From the NCBI GenBank assembly GCA_030390025.1, contig CM059432.1, forward strand, positions 29,762,001 through 29,826,000: a DNA stretch of 64,000 bases, written 5' to 3'. Made by a program: the position numbers and the translations under genes. The DNA comes from Squalus acanthias. Lineage: Eukaryota. This document shows, piece by piece, positions 1 to 13,330 of the stretch. How positions within the stretch are numbered: position 1 is the stretch's first letter; every line of letters begins with the position of its first letter. The notes below the pieces were generated by a model. It was not told where the DNA came from and did not search any database. It saw only the letters and a program-made list of their open reading frames with translations.

Positions 1-270
1 AGGGAGAGGGATGGAGTCGGTGGCTACGGAGCGGAGTTTGTGGCGGGGACACAGGACAACGGCTTCGGTCTTCCCAATATTTTGTTGGAGGAAATTTCTG
101 CTCATCCTGTACTGGATGTCGGACAAGCAGTCTGACAATTTAGAGACAGTGGAAGGGTTGAGAGAGGTGATGGCGAGGTAAACTCGGGTGTCCTCAGCCT
201 ACATGTGGAACCTGACGTTGTGTTTTCGAATGAAGTCACCGAGGGGCAGTATGTAGATGAGAAATAGGAG
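1..270 (-). mobile_element. L2-clade LINE RT-region fragment
   Basis: Near-identical to 17852-18120, whose minus strand reads SDCLSDIQYRMSRNFLQLNIGKTEAIV (L2 RT C-terminal motif). Confidence 0.8.
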
Positions 271-271
271 A

Positions 272-440
272 AAGCAGATTATCTGCCATTTATTTCATTG
301 CTGTTTGTGGGAGCTTGCTCTGCACAAATTGGCTTCCACGTTTCACCACATTACAACAGTGACTACACTTCAAAATATGTTTCGTTGGCTGTGAAGCGCT
401 TTGGGACTTCCTGAGGTCATGAAAGGCAACTTTTGTCTTT
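272..440 (+). mobile_element. 3' part of Deu-domain SINE with L2-like tail
   Basis: cattgctgtttgtgggagcttgct...cattacaacagtgactacacttcaaa...ctttggga..cctgaggtcatgaaaggc; this block recurs more than 10 times in the window. Confidence 0.8.
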
Positions 441-493
441 CACTTCAGGTGGAAAATCCCAGAACTGGCAGCAGCGGGGTAGGGGCGTGGGAG

Positions 494-627
494 CAATGTT
501 CTGGAGATCCCGCAGTAGCTCACCGGCTTTTAAATGGACGAAACCGCGCATGCGCGGAATTTTGAATGGACCGCGCAGCCCGTTAAACGGACCGTGCGGC
601 CCAAAAAATAAATTAGAGGGAACATTG
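494..627. mobile_element. Short hAT-type non-autonomous DNA element remnant
   Basis: Termini caatgttc (494) and ttagagggaacattg (to 627). The 8-bp flanks cgtgggag and tgtgggac match at 6/8, consistent with a decayed 8-bp TSD. Confidence 0.5.
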
Positions 628-1649
628 TGTGGGACACAGACCGAGTAGAAATCCTGCCCTCACGCTCAGCTTTCACATGAAGAATGGCTACATTAGTGAG
701 GTACAAATGAGCAGCGGGCAAGCCACAGCAGCAGATCCCGTGATGGGTGGGCATTCAAGAGAAGGGGAGAGAAAACTCCAGGTGGGGAGAACTTTAAAAA
801 AGCAGCAAAAACAAACTGAGCCAGAATAATTAACTGAGAGCACGCATAATGGGATCATACAATCGTAGAATTATACTGTACAGGAGAAGGCCATTCGTGC
901 TGTAACTTTCTATGATTCTATACCCCTGAAAGTCTAGCAGGTGGTGCTCTCATAATAGAGAGTGAAAATAATTTGTTTTACTGGTTAGTAAAAATGTTAA
1001 TTTTCTTACTGCCATAGAGGCCCTTGAGTCTCAGCTAGGCCGCTCTAGTGGAATCACTGGCCAAGAGCCATCCCCTTGCATTCTGGACTGGCTCCATAGG
1101 TTAACAGTAGAGGCTCCAGCTTTTACTGGGGCCTCAGCATGAATGTAGGTTTCCGATAGGAAATAGTGGCAGCAGCTTTTGTGCTTTTTCCTGAGGACTG
1201 AGCCTTCCCTCCCTGAGCTTCAGTGGTGGGGTGTGGGAGTCAATGAATTGAATTAGGTGTGGTTTTGACTTTATGATTATTTTAACTTGCTGCGTATTGT
1301 AAAATTGCACAAAAACTTTAGTTCAAAGTTACTTATATCGATGATGTTTTTGTTGAATCAGTGGTATTCACCTGTGTTTCTCATTGTGGTCAATACTGTA
1401 GAAACATCACAGAAGTAGTTTTTATTTAAACATTATTTATCCCGAAATCTTTCTATTCTTTTGTGTTTTATCTTTGATTTATAAATTATGTTATTCATCT
1501 CACTATAAAAAAAAGTCAAATATTTTATTTGGGGCTTGGTGATACTAAGACACTCAACTAAGGTAAATGCAGTAATATTTTCAAAAAGTGGACAGATGTC
1601 ACGTGATCAAATCTCCAGGAATACGTCAAACTAGAGTTGCCAACCCTAG

Positions 1650-1938
1650 GCAGACCAGTGTGGTGGGAGGAAGGTGGTGGGCAAGTCAGAGGACCTTCGA
1701 GTGGGGCTGCTCCTGGGCCTCATTAAGGCAGCAATTCACAGGTCCAGGATGGACATGGCCCAAGGTAGGGGGGGAGGAGGGGGTCGCTCTGGCTGCCTGC
1801 CCCTCTTCTGCGGACTTGTCCACGCCTGGGTGGCCCTGGAGAAGGAGCACGCGGTGTCCACTGGTACGCTTCAGGCCTTCCACGACCGGTTGGCACCACA
1901 GAGAATAAAGTGTCTGAGAGACACAGGAAATAACAATT
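1650..1938 (+). mobile_element. Tx1/L1-clade LINE ORF2 C-terminal fragment
   Basis: ORF 1674-1940 reads GLLLGLIKAAIHRSR...CLPLFCGLVHAWVALEKEHAVSTGTLQAFHDRLAPQ. A related copy lies at 19248-19500. Confidence 0.6.
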
Positions 1939-2688
1939 AGCCCAGATTTTGCAGTCGGTATTCTGAGAGTACGCCATCATACCACCTTTGAAATGAACAA
2001 GCGCATGCGGAAATCCCGACCTTACGATCTGTCAAGTTCCGACTTGACAGATGATCCGCACCGACATGGAAATCCTAATTGCTGGTGCAGAGTTGGGCTA
2101 ATTGCCCATCAACTGCCCAGCAATTATGCCTGAAAATTTTACGGCTGGTGCAAACAGGCGCAGCAGCCTGTTTGCACAATGTAAGGGGAGACCCGTCAAT
2201 AAAAAATCTTCATTTTGTTGAAATTCCTTTTAGTTAATGGTTATTAGCTGTCTGCAGGCTTTGACACTTAAACAAGATTTTGAGAAAAAAATCAGTTCAG
2301 CAATGAATATTATTGCATTATATGATAATATTGTTTTATTGTGAGGGCTCCACAGCTTTCTTCCTTTTTCCAAACTGGAACCAGCTGGCCATGAACCGTC
2401 TACAGCCAAGCAGGTAGACAAGTGACTTGCTCCCTGGCCTTTCTCCAAAGCCACTCCATTTGAGTCACTGGAAGGTGTACAATCTGATTGGAGCACCAAC
2501 CCACATGACCCCAGGTACGCTTCTGCACACGGTACGCCCCTGGGATCCGTGGGCCACTTCGCTGCGCTCAACTCCACAGCATCTGACAGCAACTTTTCTT
2601 TTGGGGCCTCGCAACAGGTAAGTGCGCATTCGGCTCGGATGCCGGCAGCATAATCCTTAATTACGCCACTGACCGCAAAATCTGAGCC
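1939..2688. mobile_element. Harbinger/PIF-type MITE
   Basis: 21-bp TIRs agcccagattttgcagtcggt (1939-1959) and actgaccgcaaaatctgagcc (2668-2688), 17/21 match. 3-bp TSD ATT at 1936-1938 and 2689-2691. Confidence 0.75.
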
Positions 2689-3729
2689 ATTATGATTTAG
2701 TTTTATCCGTTTCCTTTAGGTTCTGTTGAAGTGGGACTTTTCTTTTATTAGTTGTGCCTCCTTAAAAGAAATGGGCTTCTGAAAATGTGTTTTCTGTTGT
2801 TGACACTGGGGCAACCCAATGTCATCTTTGTGGATCAATTAAAAAGTGGCAACTGAAGCACCTCTTTCTTTGCAAACTCCACATTTAAGTAACACGGTGA
2901 ATGATATCATGAGACAAGGATTTTTAAAATTTAAATATAAAAAGAGGGACAAAAAACTGACACAAGAGCCTTTGGCTGGTTGTTTTCAGACCGGTCCAAA
3001 GCTGAGGCCCCACTCTTATCCATGGTGCCAGGAGACACTCTCCGTCATTGGCATCACCAGAGCGGCCTAGCAGGAAGGCCTCTGTGGGTAAGAAAGTTGA
3101 CATTTTTACTAAATCTTCAAACAAGATTCTGCTGAGTCTGTTACATATAAAACGGGGAAATACTTTGAACAAAAAAAATGCACACTAGACTTTCCTTCCC
3201 CTTTAACCAAATGAGATTATAGTTTAGCCAATTGGAACTCTCCTATATGAATATCCTTAATCTATCACTAACTGATGTATTGTTAAACCCTTAATGGCTG
3301 AACCACGTTAACTACACCAGCAGAAGTGTCAAAAGGCTCATTATCAGCTCCATTCAGCTCCCCCGTGCTTGGGGAACAATCCACTTGCAATGTTACAAGC
3401 TTCACATGCCAGCACAGATAAAATCTACGAGTCCTCAAAGGAGATCCTGACATGGGAAAATTAATTGCCTTTCTCTTTACATCCAGATGAGCCTCTCTCC
3501 CAGCACAAACACGGCAGGGCCACAAGGGACCCCAACCAAGATGAGGACTTGATATGATTCAGAAACGCCTCCCCACTTAGACGGCAAGAAATCAGCCACT
3601 GACGGCTGGGAATGCGCCAATTACTTCGCTAATATTCAATTACACGAGGAGTCTTTCTTTCGAATTACTCTTATTTTTTTTTTCTCTCTTTGCTTTCTCT
3701 GTTTCAACCAGCAGCTTTCATCAAACAGT

Positions 3730-4200
3730 GAACAGACATTGCGATTCGCGTCTGCGTTTTCAAGTTGCTCCATGACCTCGTTCTCCTCCGGTCGTGCCCC
3801 CCCCCCCCACCCCGCAAGTACCCTCTGCTCCACTGGCACGGCATTACCCGCTCTCTCAAGGCCACCATCGGAGGCCGTTCATTCAGTCACCATGTGCCCG
3901 CCCTCTGGAATTTTTTCCCCAAAATGTCTTTGCCTCAGCAAATCTCCTCCCAGCTTCAAAAAGCATCCCAAAAATCTTCTCCAACTCTCTCCTTTCCATT
4001 CAACACCTTCCAAATTATTTTCCTGCTTTTCCTTTTTCATTGCTGTTTATGGGAGCTTGCTTCGCGCAAATTGGCCAACCGCGTTTCCTACATTGCAACA
4101 GTGACTACATTCAAAAAAATTACTTCATTGGCTGTAAAGCACTTTGGGACGTCCTGAAGTCGTTGAAGTCGCTATATAAATGCACGGTCTTACTTTCTTT
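3730..4200 (+). mobile_element. Degenerate L2 3' end followed by Deu-SINE 3' part
   Basis: ccaccatcggaggccgttcattcag...ctctggaat (L2 3' region), then cattgctgtttatgggagcttgc...gctatataaatgca. Confidence 0.6.
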
Positions 4201-4317
4201 ACCATTCTGGTCGCCGCATGATGCAACAAAATGGATTTGCTGACTAAACATGACAATCAATCTCTATCAATTAGTCAATTAGTTAAGAAGCCAGGAAAAT
4301 CCCCATGCTACACTTAC

Positions 4318-4575
4318 CTTGTCATATCTCACTGGAGAGAGCAATCTCAATAGCCAACGTCCTCCTGGTGTCAGTCTAGTCAGTATGGGGCTCTGCTGTG
4401 TACAATAGGGCGCCAGTGTGCAAACAAACTGAGCTGATTCCTCATATTTACCTTCATGGAACAGACTTAAACTATTAATGGATTTATCGGCAGATACCTT
4501 CAAGGGTCTACACTGCCGTTCCTGCAGGTCCCACTGTTTATATTCGGGAGTGGGTGTTCGCAGTCGGCTACACTC
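4318..4575 (-). other. Candidate orphan coding exon (258 nt, phase 0/0, unassigned)
   Basis: Minus strand reads ttttgctatgcag|GAG...AAG|gtaagt, enclosing 86 open codons ECSRLRTPTPEY...LLSPVRYDK in non-repeat-looking sequence. No family recognised. Confidence 0.3.
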
Positions 4576-5214
4576 CTGCATAGCAAAAGCTGATTTTGAC
4601 TGGATTGTGATGCAGAACACGAGGGGAAAATATCCAGCCTCACCCGAATAAAAAGAAATAGGAATGTTATTTAAAGGGGCAAGAAGTGTTTGGCAAGCCT
4701 ATATTGGCTTGAGAAGAGCTGTGTGTTATTTATGTCACAAAAATGATTGGTTTCAAAGTGACTTACGTCATTATAGCCTGGAACATATGTGTGATTGTGG
4801 GAATGCTCAACACATTGTTTGAAATAGGTTGACGCCTCTGTTAAATAAGAGGGGAATTTGGTCTGAAGGTGTTAAATGTTTGAATAGCAACATCACCAGT
4901 GTAATTTCCAGGCATGTGTTCTCTGTTTCTAATGAAATAGGTTTGCCAAACCATTGTTTTTTAATGATAACCAGAGTACATTCCAATAGTTTCCAGACAA
5001 ACATGTTGGTTCTCACCCATAGTCTCCCCTTCCCCAGCCCGAAGATGTTAACTGCTTATTGAGATAAGGTTCCATGAGCTCCTATTCTTTGTCCATATGG
5101 ACATTATTCATCTGCAAGCTTAGACAGTAGGTGTTAGGCTATTCGATCACGGGGGTTTGGGTGTCACAGCTGAGCCATGACTCTGTTGATAGTTGACTTG
5201 CGCACATACACGCT

Positions 5215-5805
5215 TCAAGCACCTGGAGTACTGTGCACAGTTTTGGTCTCCTTATCTGAGGAAGGACACACTTGCCTTAGAGGCGGTGCAATGAAGGTTC
5301 ACTAGATTGATCCCTGGGATGAGAGGGTAGTCCTATGAGGGGAGATTGAATAGATTGGACCTGTACTCTCTGGAGTTTAGAAGAATGAGAGGTGATCTCA
5401 TTGAAACATATAAGATTCTGAGGGAGATTGACAGGGTAGATGCTGAGAGATTGTTTCCCCTGGCTGGAGAGTCTAGAACTAGGGGGCATAGTCTCAGGAT
5501 ATGGGGTCGGCCATTTAAGAATGAGATGAGAAGGAATTTCTTCATAGAGTCATTGTAGAGTCACAACGGCACAGAGGAGGCCATTCACTCAGAAGGTTTT
5601 GAATCTTTGGAATTCTCTATCCCAAAGGGCTGTGGATGCTGAATCATTGAGTATATTCAAGGCTGAGATAGATTTTGGGATTCTAGGGGAATCAAGGGAT
5701 ATGGGGATCGGGTGGGAAAGTAGAATTGAAGTCGAAGATCAGCCATGATCTTATTGAATCAGGCTCGAGCGGTCATATGGCCTACTCCTGCTCCTCATTC
5801 TTATA
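5215..5805 (+). mobile_element. CR1 LINE 3' fragment
   Basis: RLDLYSLEFRRMRGDLIETYKIL...SRTRGHSLRI...RRNFF, followed by the CR1 3' tail. Confidence 0.9.
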
Positions 5806-6127
5806 AGCTACTCTTAGAGGTCACCAGATAGTGATCAGTGGCTGGAAGCCTGGTCAATCTTCTGTTCCCCAAGTGTAGCACTCCTGCTGCTGTTCCAGTT
5901 GAGAACAGCCCAACTTGGTAGAGTGGGAGATCAAACCCTTGACTTTCCTTGTCTGTATGGTGTGGCTACTCAATCGATAGACTCCCTGAGCAATGGGACG
6001 GGAGCTTCATTTACAAGTCCTTTTACAAGTATAATTGTTTTTGCCACATTTACCCAGAGACATTTGACCCAACATCTGACGAACATAAAAACATTTACTT
6101 CTCATTTCTGTGACCTGACAGATTGAC

Positions 6128-6655
6128 AACAATAACTTGCATTTATATAGCGCCTTTAAAGTAGTAAAATGTCCCAAGGCACACCACAGGAGCATAATCA
6201 GACAAAAATTGACACTGAACAAAAAAGGAGACATTAGGATAGGCGATGAAAAGCTTGGTCAAAGAGGTAGCAGCATCTTAAAGGAGGAGAGAGGTGAAAA
6301 AGTTTGGGGAAGGAATTCCAGAGCTTAGGGCCTGGACAGCTGAAGGCACAGCCGCCAATGGTGGGGCAAAGGAATTTGGGGATGCACAGGAGGCCAGAAA
6401 TGGAGGAATGCAGAGTTCTTGGAGGGTTGTAGGACAGGAGATGGCAGGATTTGAACACAAGGATGAGATTTTTAAATTCAAAGCATTGCAAGTGTAGGTC
6501 AGTGAGCACAGGGGTGATGGGTGAACGGAACTTGGTGCGAGTTAAGATATGGGCAGCAGAGTTTTGGATGAGCTGACGTTTACAGAGGATGGAAGATGGG
6601 AGGCCGGCCATGAGAGCATTGTAATAGTCAAGTCTGGAAGCAACAAAAGCATTTT
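6128..6655 (-). mobile_element. L2 LINE 3' fragment
   Basis: AFVASRLDYYNAL.AGLP...LIQNSAAHILTR...ITPVL.DLH; tail ttgcatttatatagcgcc. Confidence 0.85.
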
Positions 6656-7394
6656 GACAAGGGCCGTGTTTGCCTTGCGGGGATCCGTGCAAAGGTTCAG
6701 TTTGAGGCACCTACGTTTCACTAGATAGTGATTCTAAATACTACTTACTTAACCTGTTGTCAAGTCCGCATACATACGATGGTGAAAAGGTACACTTGCA
6801 ACAGGTAATCTAGAAATAGTTGGCAAAATGATAAGGTATCTGCTATTACCATTGTGTAGGTGTCCTTTCACTGGATCCGCTCGGGGATACAGCGGAGCGT
6901 AAGAAGCCCTGACTGGATGAAAGAAGAAATAAATAAATACTTGCCTTTATATAGCGCCTTTCTTAACCTCAAGACATCCCAACAAGGTCCAAGGTCAACA
7001 TGGCAACGGATGTATTTCAGGCGTCCTTGGGGCGCAGGGCATAGCCTTGTCAAATTGATCACTTTTGCCCCCAATTTCCACCTGGAAAACAGGCACAATG
7101 GGGACCAATTTCTACCCCCATGTCTGAATATCACAATTTCAATTGTATGGAGGGTCCATTTCCCATAATTCAGAGCAGCATAAAAAAACTCCTATTAAGT
7201 ATATGGTAATCTTGAAGATCTTTGCTGTGTCACCCTTCTAAGGTTAATAGAAGGTTACGATAAGGTAAACAGTGATAAATTGATTCCACTGACCAGGGAG
7301 TCTGACAAGGGGCACAAATTTAAGATAATCAGAAACGGAATCGAAATCGAAGTTAGAAGATATTTCTTTATACAAAGATTTAGCATGTGGAATT

Positions 7395-10300
7395 ATAAGA
7401 ACATAAGAAATAGGAGCAGGAGTAGGCCATTCGGCCCCTCGAGCCTGCTCCGCCATTCACTAAGGTCATGATTGATCTGGTCTTGGCCTCAACTCCACTT
7501 TTCTGCCTGTTCCCCATAACCCTTGACTCCTCTGTAGCTCAAATATCTGTCTAGCTCAGCCTTGAATATATTCACTGACTCAGCCTCCACAGCTCTCTGG
7601 GGTAGAGAATTCCAAAGATTCACGACCCTCTGAGAGAAGAAATTCCTCCTCATCTCGTCTTAAATGGGCGACCACTTATCCTGAAACTATGCTCCCTAGT
7701 TCTAGATTTCCCCATGAGGGGAAACATCCTCTCAGCATCTACCCTGTCAAGCCCCTCAGGATCTTATATGTTTCAATAAGATCACCTCTCATTCTTCTAA
7801 ACTCCAATGAGTATAGGCCCAACCTGCTCAACCTTTCCTCATAAGACAATCCCTTCAACTCAGGAATCAACCTAGTGAACCTTCGCTGAACACCCTCCAA
7901 TGCAATTATATCCCTCCTTAAATAAGGAGACCAAAACTGTACGCAGTACTCCAGGTGTGGTCTCACCAACACCTTGTACAGTTGTAGCAAGACTTCACTA
8001 CTTTTGTACTCCATCCCCCTTGCAATAAAGGCCAACATTCCATTTGCCTTCCTAATTACTTGCTGTACCTGCATGCTAACTTTTTGTGTTTCATGTACGA
8101 GGGCACACAGATCCCTCTGTACCTCAGCATTCTGTAGTCTCTCTCCATTTAAATAATATTTTGCTCTTCTATTCTTCCTACCAAAGTGGATAACCTCACA
8201 TTTTCATACATTATACTCCATCTGCCAAATTTTTGCCCACCCACTTAACCTATCTATATCGCTTTGCAGACTCTGTCCTCCTCACAACTTGCTTTCCCAC
8301 CTGTCTTTGTATCATCAGCAAATTTGGCTACAGTACACTCGGTCGCTTCATCCAAGTCATTAATATAGATTGTAAATAGTTGAGGCCCCAGCACTGATCC
8401 CTATCGCACCTCACTAGTTGCAGCTTGCCAACCTGAAAATGATCCATTTATCCCGACTCTCTGTTTTCTGTTAGTTAGCCAATCCTCTATCCATGCTAAT
8501 ATATTATCCCCAACCCCATGAGCTCTTATTTTGTGCAGTAACCTTTTATGTGGCACCTTATCGAAAGCCTTTTGGAAATCCAAATACACTACATCTACTG
8601 GTTCCCCTTGATCCACCCTGCTCGTTACATCCTCAAAGAACTCTAATAAATTTGTCAAACACGACTTCCCTTTCATAAAACCATGTTGACTCTATTTGAT
8701 TGTATTATGATTTTCTAAATGTCCTGCTACTACTCCCTTAATAATAGATTCCAGCATTTTCCCAATGACAGATGTTAGGCTAACCGGCCTATAGTTTCCT
8801 GCTTCCTGCCTCCCTCCTTTCTTGAATAGGGGAGTTACATTTGCGGTTTTCCAATCTGCTGGGACCTTTCCAGAATCTAGGGAATTTTGGAAGATCACAA
8901 CCAATGCATCCACTATCTCTGCAGCCACCTCATTTAAGACACTAGGATGTAGGCCATCAGGTCCAGGGCACTTGTCAGCCTTTAGTCCCATTAGTTTGCC
9001 TAGTACATTTTCCCTAGTGATAGTGATTGTCTTAAGTTCCTCCCTCCCTTTTGCCCCTTGATTATCTATTATTATTGGGATGCTTTTAGTGTCTTCTACC
9101 ATGAAGACAGATACAAAATATTGGTTCAAAGTCTCTGCCATTTCCTTGTTTCCCATTATTAATTCCCCAGTCTCATTATCTACAAGGGACATTTACTTTA
9201 GCTACTCTCTTCCTTTTTATATACCTGTAGAAGCTCTTACTGTCTGTTTTTACATTTCTTGCGAGTTTACTGTCATAATCTATTTTCCCCCTCTTTATAG
9301 TTTTTTAGTCATCCTTTGCTGGTTTCTAAAAATTTCCCAATCTTCTGGCCTACCACTCATCTTCACAACATTGTATGCCTTTTCTTTCAATTTGATACCA
9401 TCCTTAACTTCCTTAGTTAGCCACAGATGGTTCATCCTTTTGATAGAGTCTTTCTTTCTTATTGGAATATATCTTTGTTGAGAGTTATGAAATATCTCCT
9501 TAAATGTCTGCCACTGCTTATCTACCATCTTACCATTTAATCTATTTTCCCAGTCCACTTTAGCCAACTCTGTCTTCATACCTTTGTAATTGCCTTTATT
9601 TAAGTTTAAGACGCTAGTTTCAGATTCAAGTTTCTCACCCTCAAACTGAATGTGAAATTCTATCATGTTATGATCACTCTTCCCCAGAGGATCCTTTACT
9701 ATGAGATCATTAATTAACCCTGTCTCATTACACAGTACCAGATCTAAAATAGCCTGTTCCCTGGTCAGTTCCACGTGGTATTGTTCTAAGAAACCATCCT
9801 GAATTCACTCTATGAACTCGTCCTCAAGGCTACCCTTGCCAATTTGATTTGTCCAATCGATATGAAGATTAAAATCGTCCATGATTATTGCAGTACCTTT
9901 CTTATAAGCCCCCATTATTTCTTGATTTATACTTTATCCTACAGTGTAGCTACTGTTAGGGGGCCTATAGACTACTCTCACCAGTGACTTCTTTCCCTTA
10001 CTATTTCTTATCTCCACCCAAACTGATTCTACATCTTGATCTTCCGAGCCAAGTTCATTTCTCACTACCATACTGATCTCATCCTTTATTAACAAAGCTA
10101 CCCCACCTCCTTTTCCTTTCTACCTATCCTTCCGAAATGTCAAATACCCCTGAATATTCAGTTCCCAGCCTTGGTCACCTTACAACTACGTCTCTGTAAT
10201 GGCTATCAGATCACACCCATTTATTTCTATTTGTGCTGTCAATTCACCTATCTTGTTATGAATGCTGCGTGCATTCCGATAAAGAGCCTTCAATTTTGTC

Positions 10301-11599
10301 TTTTTAACATTTTTCCCTACTCTGGCCCTATTTGCTGGTATAATCTTATGTTTGTACGCTCTGTCCCTTCCTGTCACACTCTGGTTATCATTACCCCTAT
10401 CACTACCCTGCATTATTGCCTTGTCCTTTCTCTTTAACTTTCTAAATTTCCCCTCACCTGACCCCTCCCCCCCCCCCCCCCCCACCCCACTATTTAGTTT
10501 AAAGCCCTATCTACAGCCCTAGTTATTTGATTCGCCAGGACACTGGTCCCAGCATGGTTCAAGTGAAGCCCGTCCCAACGGAACAGCTCCCTCTTTCCCC
10601 AGTACTGGTGCTAGTGCCCCATGAATCGAAACCCATTTCTCCCACACCAATCTTTGAGCCATGCATTCGACTCTCTGATCTTATTGACCCTATGCCAATT
10701 TGCTCGTGGCTCAGGTAGTAATCCAGAGATTATTACCTTTGTGGTTCTGCTTTTTTAATTTAGCCCCTAGCTGCTCATACTCCCTCGGCAGAACCTCTTT
10801 CTTAGTCTTAGCTATGTCGTTGGTACCAATGTGGACCACGACAACTGGATCCTCCTCTTCCCACTCCAAGTTCCTCTCCAGCCCGGAGGAGATGTCCTTA
10901 ACCCTGGCACCAGGCAGGCAACACAGCCTTCGGGACTCACGCTCTCGGCTGCAGACAACAGTATCTATCCCTCTAACTATACTGTCCCCTACCACTACTA
11001 CATTCCTTTTTACTCCTCCAACTTGAATGGCCGCCTGTACCACGGTGCTGTGGTCAGTTTGCTCATCCTCCCTGCAGTCCCTGCTCTCGTCCACGCAGGC
11101 TGCAAGAACATCATACCTGTTGGACAAGTGCAAGGGCTGAGGCTGCTCCAATGCTATCTTCTGGATCCCCATACCTGCCTCACTCGTAGTCACACCCTCC
11201 TGTCCCTGGCCACGGACCAAATTTAACCTAAGGGGTGTGACTGCTTCTTGGATCAAAGTGTCCAGGTAACTCTCCCCCTCCCTGATGCATCGCAGTGTCT
11301 GAAGCTCGGACTCCAGCTCATCAACGCTGAGCTGAAGTTCCTTGAGCTGCAGATGCTTTCTGCAGATGTGGTCGCTGTGGATTACACTGCAATCCACCAG
11401 CTCCCACATGCCACAGCTGCAACACATCACCTGCCCTGCCATCTCTATTTTATTTTATTTAGCTAATTAATTTTTTTAAGTTTAGAAATATCACTCAATT
11501 ATCTATGTATAGTTTTTAATCTATAATCATGGCTCTTAATTTAAACCAATGCCCTAGTTTAGAGAAAAAGAGAAAACAAGAGAAAAAGAGAAATACCAC
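7395..11599 (-). mobile_element. Near-full-length CR1 LINE (~4.2 kb), frameshifted
   Basis: ORF1, APE endonuclease start (LYRNARSIHNKIGEL...IAITET, 10186-10485) and RT pieces (9295-9774, 8692-9192, 8401-8676, 7739-8074) in colinear order. The 3' (ttcttatg)n tail is at ~7395. Confidence 0.95.
10711..11442 (-). pseudogene. CR1 ORF1: zinc-finger/coiled coil plus SGNH esterase-like domain
   Basis: CCSCGMW...HICRKH, VVVGDSIVRG, CLPGARV and VVHIGTNDI motifs. Frameshifted at the C-terminus. Confidence 0.85.
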
Positions 11600-11975
11600 T
11601 TTATACTTTCCTCCAGTCTGAAATGCAACCGTTCGCCAGTGCTCTCTGCTTTCATGTACATGTGCGGAATAAAGTTTCCCACTGAGCACAGTGGCCCATA
11701 TCACTGTTGTTGAAGCAGACTCCATGTTCTTATCTTCTTAAATGTTTTAAAAGGGAATTAAATAGTTACTTGAAAAAGAGGAATATTAAAGGAGCGAGTA
11801 GCAGAGTGAATTAGATGGCTTGTGAGGCGAAACATACTGGCACACACTTGATGGGCTGTTGTAACGCTCTGTGATATGGGCCACTGTGCTCAGTGGGAAA
11901 CTTTATTCCGCACATGTACATGAAAGCAGAGAGCAGTGGCGAACGGTTGCATTTCAGACTGGAGGAAAGTATAAA
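11600..11975. repeat. 105-bp inverted duplication (11600-11704 / 11871-11975)
   Basis: Arms are reverse complements with one mismatch. The 166-bp spacer is an old CR1 3' remnant. Confidence 0.95.
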
Positions 11976-12235
11976 CCAAAGGCGACATAAGAAAAATCTT
12001 GTTTATGCAGCGAGTGGTTAGGATCTGGAATGCACTGCCTGAGAGGGTGGTGGAGGCAGACTCAATCATGGCTTTCAAAAGGGAATTGGATAAGTACCTG
12101 AAAGAAAAAATTTTGCAGGGCTGCGGGGAAAGGGCGGGGGAGTGGGACTAGCTGAAGTGCTCTTGCAGAGAGCCGGCACAGGCTCGACGGGCCAAATGGC
12201 CTTCTTCTGTGCTGTAACCATTCTATGATTCTATG
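11974..12235 (+). mobile_element. CR1 3' end fragment
   Basis: cagcgagtggttaggatctggaatgcactgcctgag...ctgtaaccattctatgattctatg tail. Confidence 0.85.
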
Positions 12236-12504
12236 GGGAAAGATCAGGGAAATGGGATTAATTCAATAGCTCTTTCAAAAATGAGCCGAATGGCCTCCAT
12301 ATGTGCTGTATGATTTGATGATGTATTCCCCCCCCCCCACCAGAGAAAGATACTGGAGGTAGTACAGTCAATATTATGCAATAGAAAGAAGGTGTCAACA
12401 GGCTGTTAGATCTTCAAAGTTTACACTACACCAGTAACATCATTTGGGGTGTTTTTTTCCCCAAAACAGACCTGTATCAACAAGACCTGATGTGTGAGGC
12501 TATA

Positions 12505-13330
12505 GACCAATTTGCTCAACGTCAGTTGTAGGAAAGATAATGGAATCCTTAATCAAAGATGTAATCAAAAATAGAAACTGAAAATATAATAAAGAGTAGT
12601 CAGCATGGATTCAAAAAGGGAAGGTCATGCATAACCATCCTTAAAGAATTCTCTGAAGAAGTAACAGAAAAGGTAGATAAGGGTAATGTAGTAGACGTAA
12701 TATATTTGGATTTCCAAAAAGCCTTCAATATGTACCGCATAGTAGACTCATGACTAAGGTCAGAATATGTGGAGTCAGGGGACAAGTAGCAGAATGGATA
12801 GCAAGCTGGCTACAAAACAGAAAACAGAGAGTAGGAGTTAAAAGTAGTTATTCGGATTGGCAAATGGTGGGAAGTGGTGTTCCACAAGGATCGATGTTGG
12901 GACCACTGTTGTTCACCATTTACATAAACAATTTGGACTCAGGAATCAGAAGTACAATTTTAAAATTTGAGGACGACACCAAATTGGGGGATATAGTTAA
13001 TTCAGAGAAGGCCTGCGACAAAATACAGGAAGACATTAATAAACTTGCAGAGTGGGTATGTAATTGGCAAATGAACTTCAATATAGATAAGTGTGAGGTA
13101 ATACATTTTGGTAGGAAGAATAAGGAGGCCACATAATCTTTGGAAAATAAATATCGAAATGACGTAGAGGAACAGAGGGATCTGGGGTACAGATTCACAG
13201 ATCACTAAAAGTAGCGATGCAGGTTAATCAGGCCATAAAAATAGCAAACAAAGCACTGTGGTTCATTTCTAGAGGGATAGAATTGAAAAGCAGAGAAGTT
13301 ATGTTAAACTTGTATAGAACCTTGATCACA
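12505..13330 (+). mobile_element. CR1 RT fragment
   Basis: WIASWLQNRKQRV...SGVPQGSMLGPLLFTIYIN...KFEDDTKLG. Confidence 0.9.

Larger units (their letters stand above)
1..800 (+). repeat. Local segmental duplication, copy A (pairs with 17852-18532)
   Basis: Same L2/SINE/hAT/unique mosaic with identical junctions. Copy B lacks 536-652. Confidence 0.9.

Noticed and set aside
2230..2592. 120-aa minus-strand ORF
   Set aside because: It lies inside the TIR/TSD-bounded MITE 1939-2688 and has no recognisable domain.
2990..3086. Plus-strand segment with acceptor ttttcag| and donor |gtaaga
   Set aside because: Short, no recognisable peptide and no partner exons found; compatible with chance.
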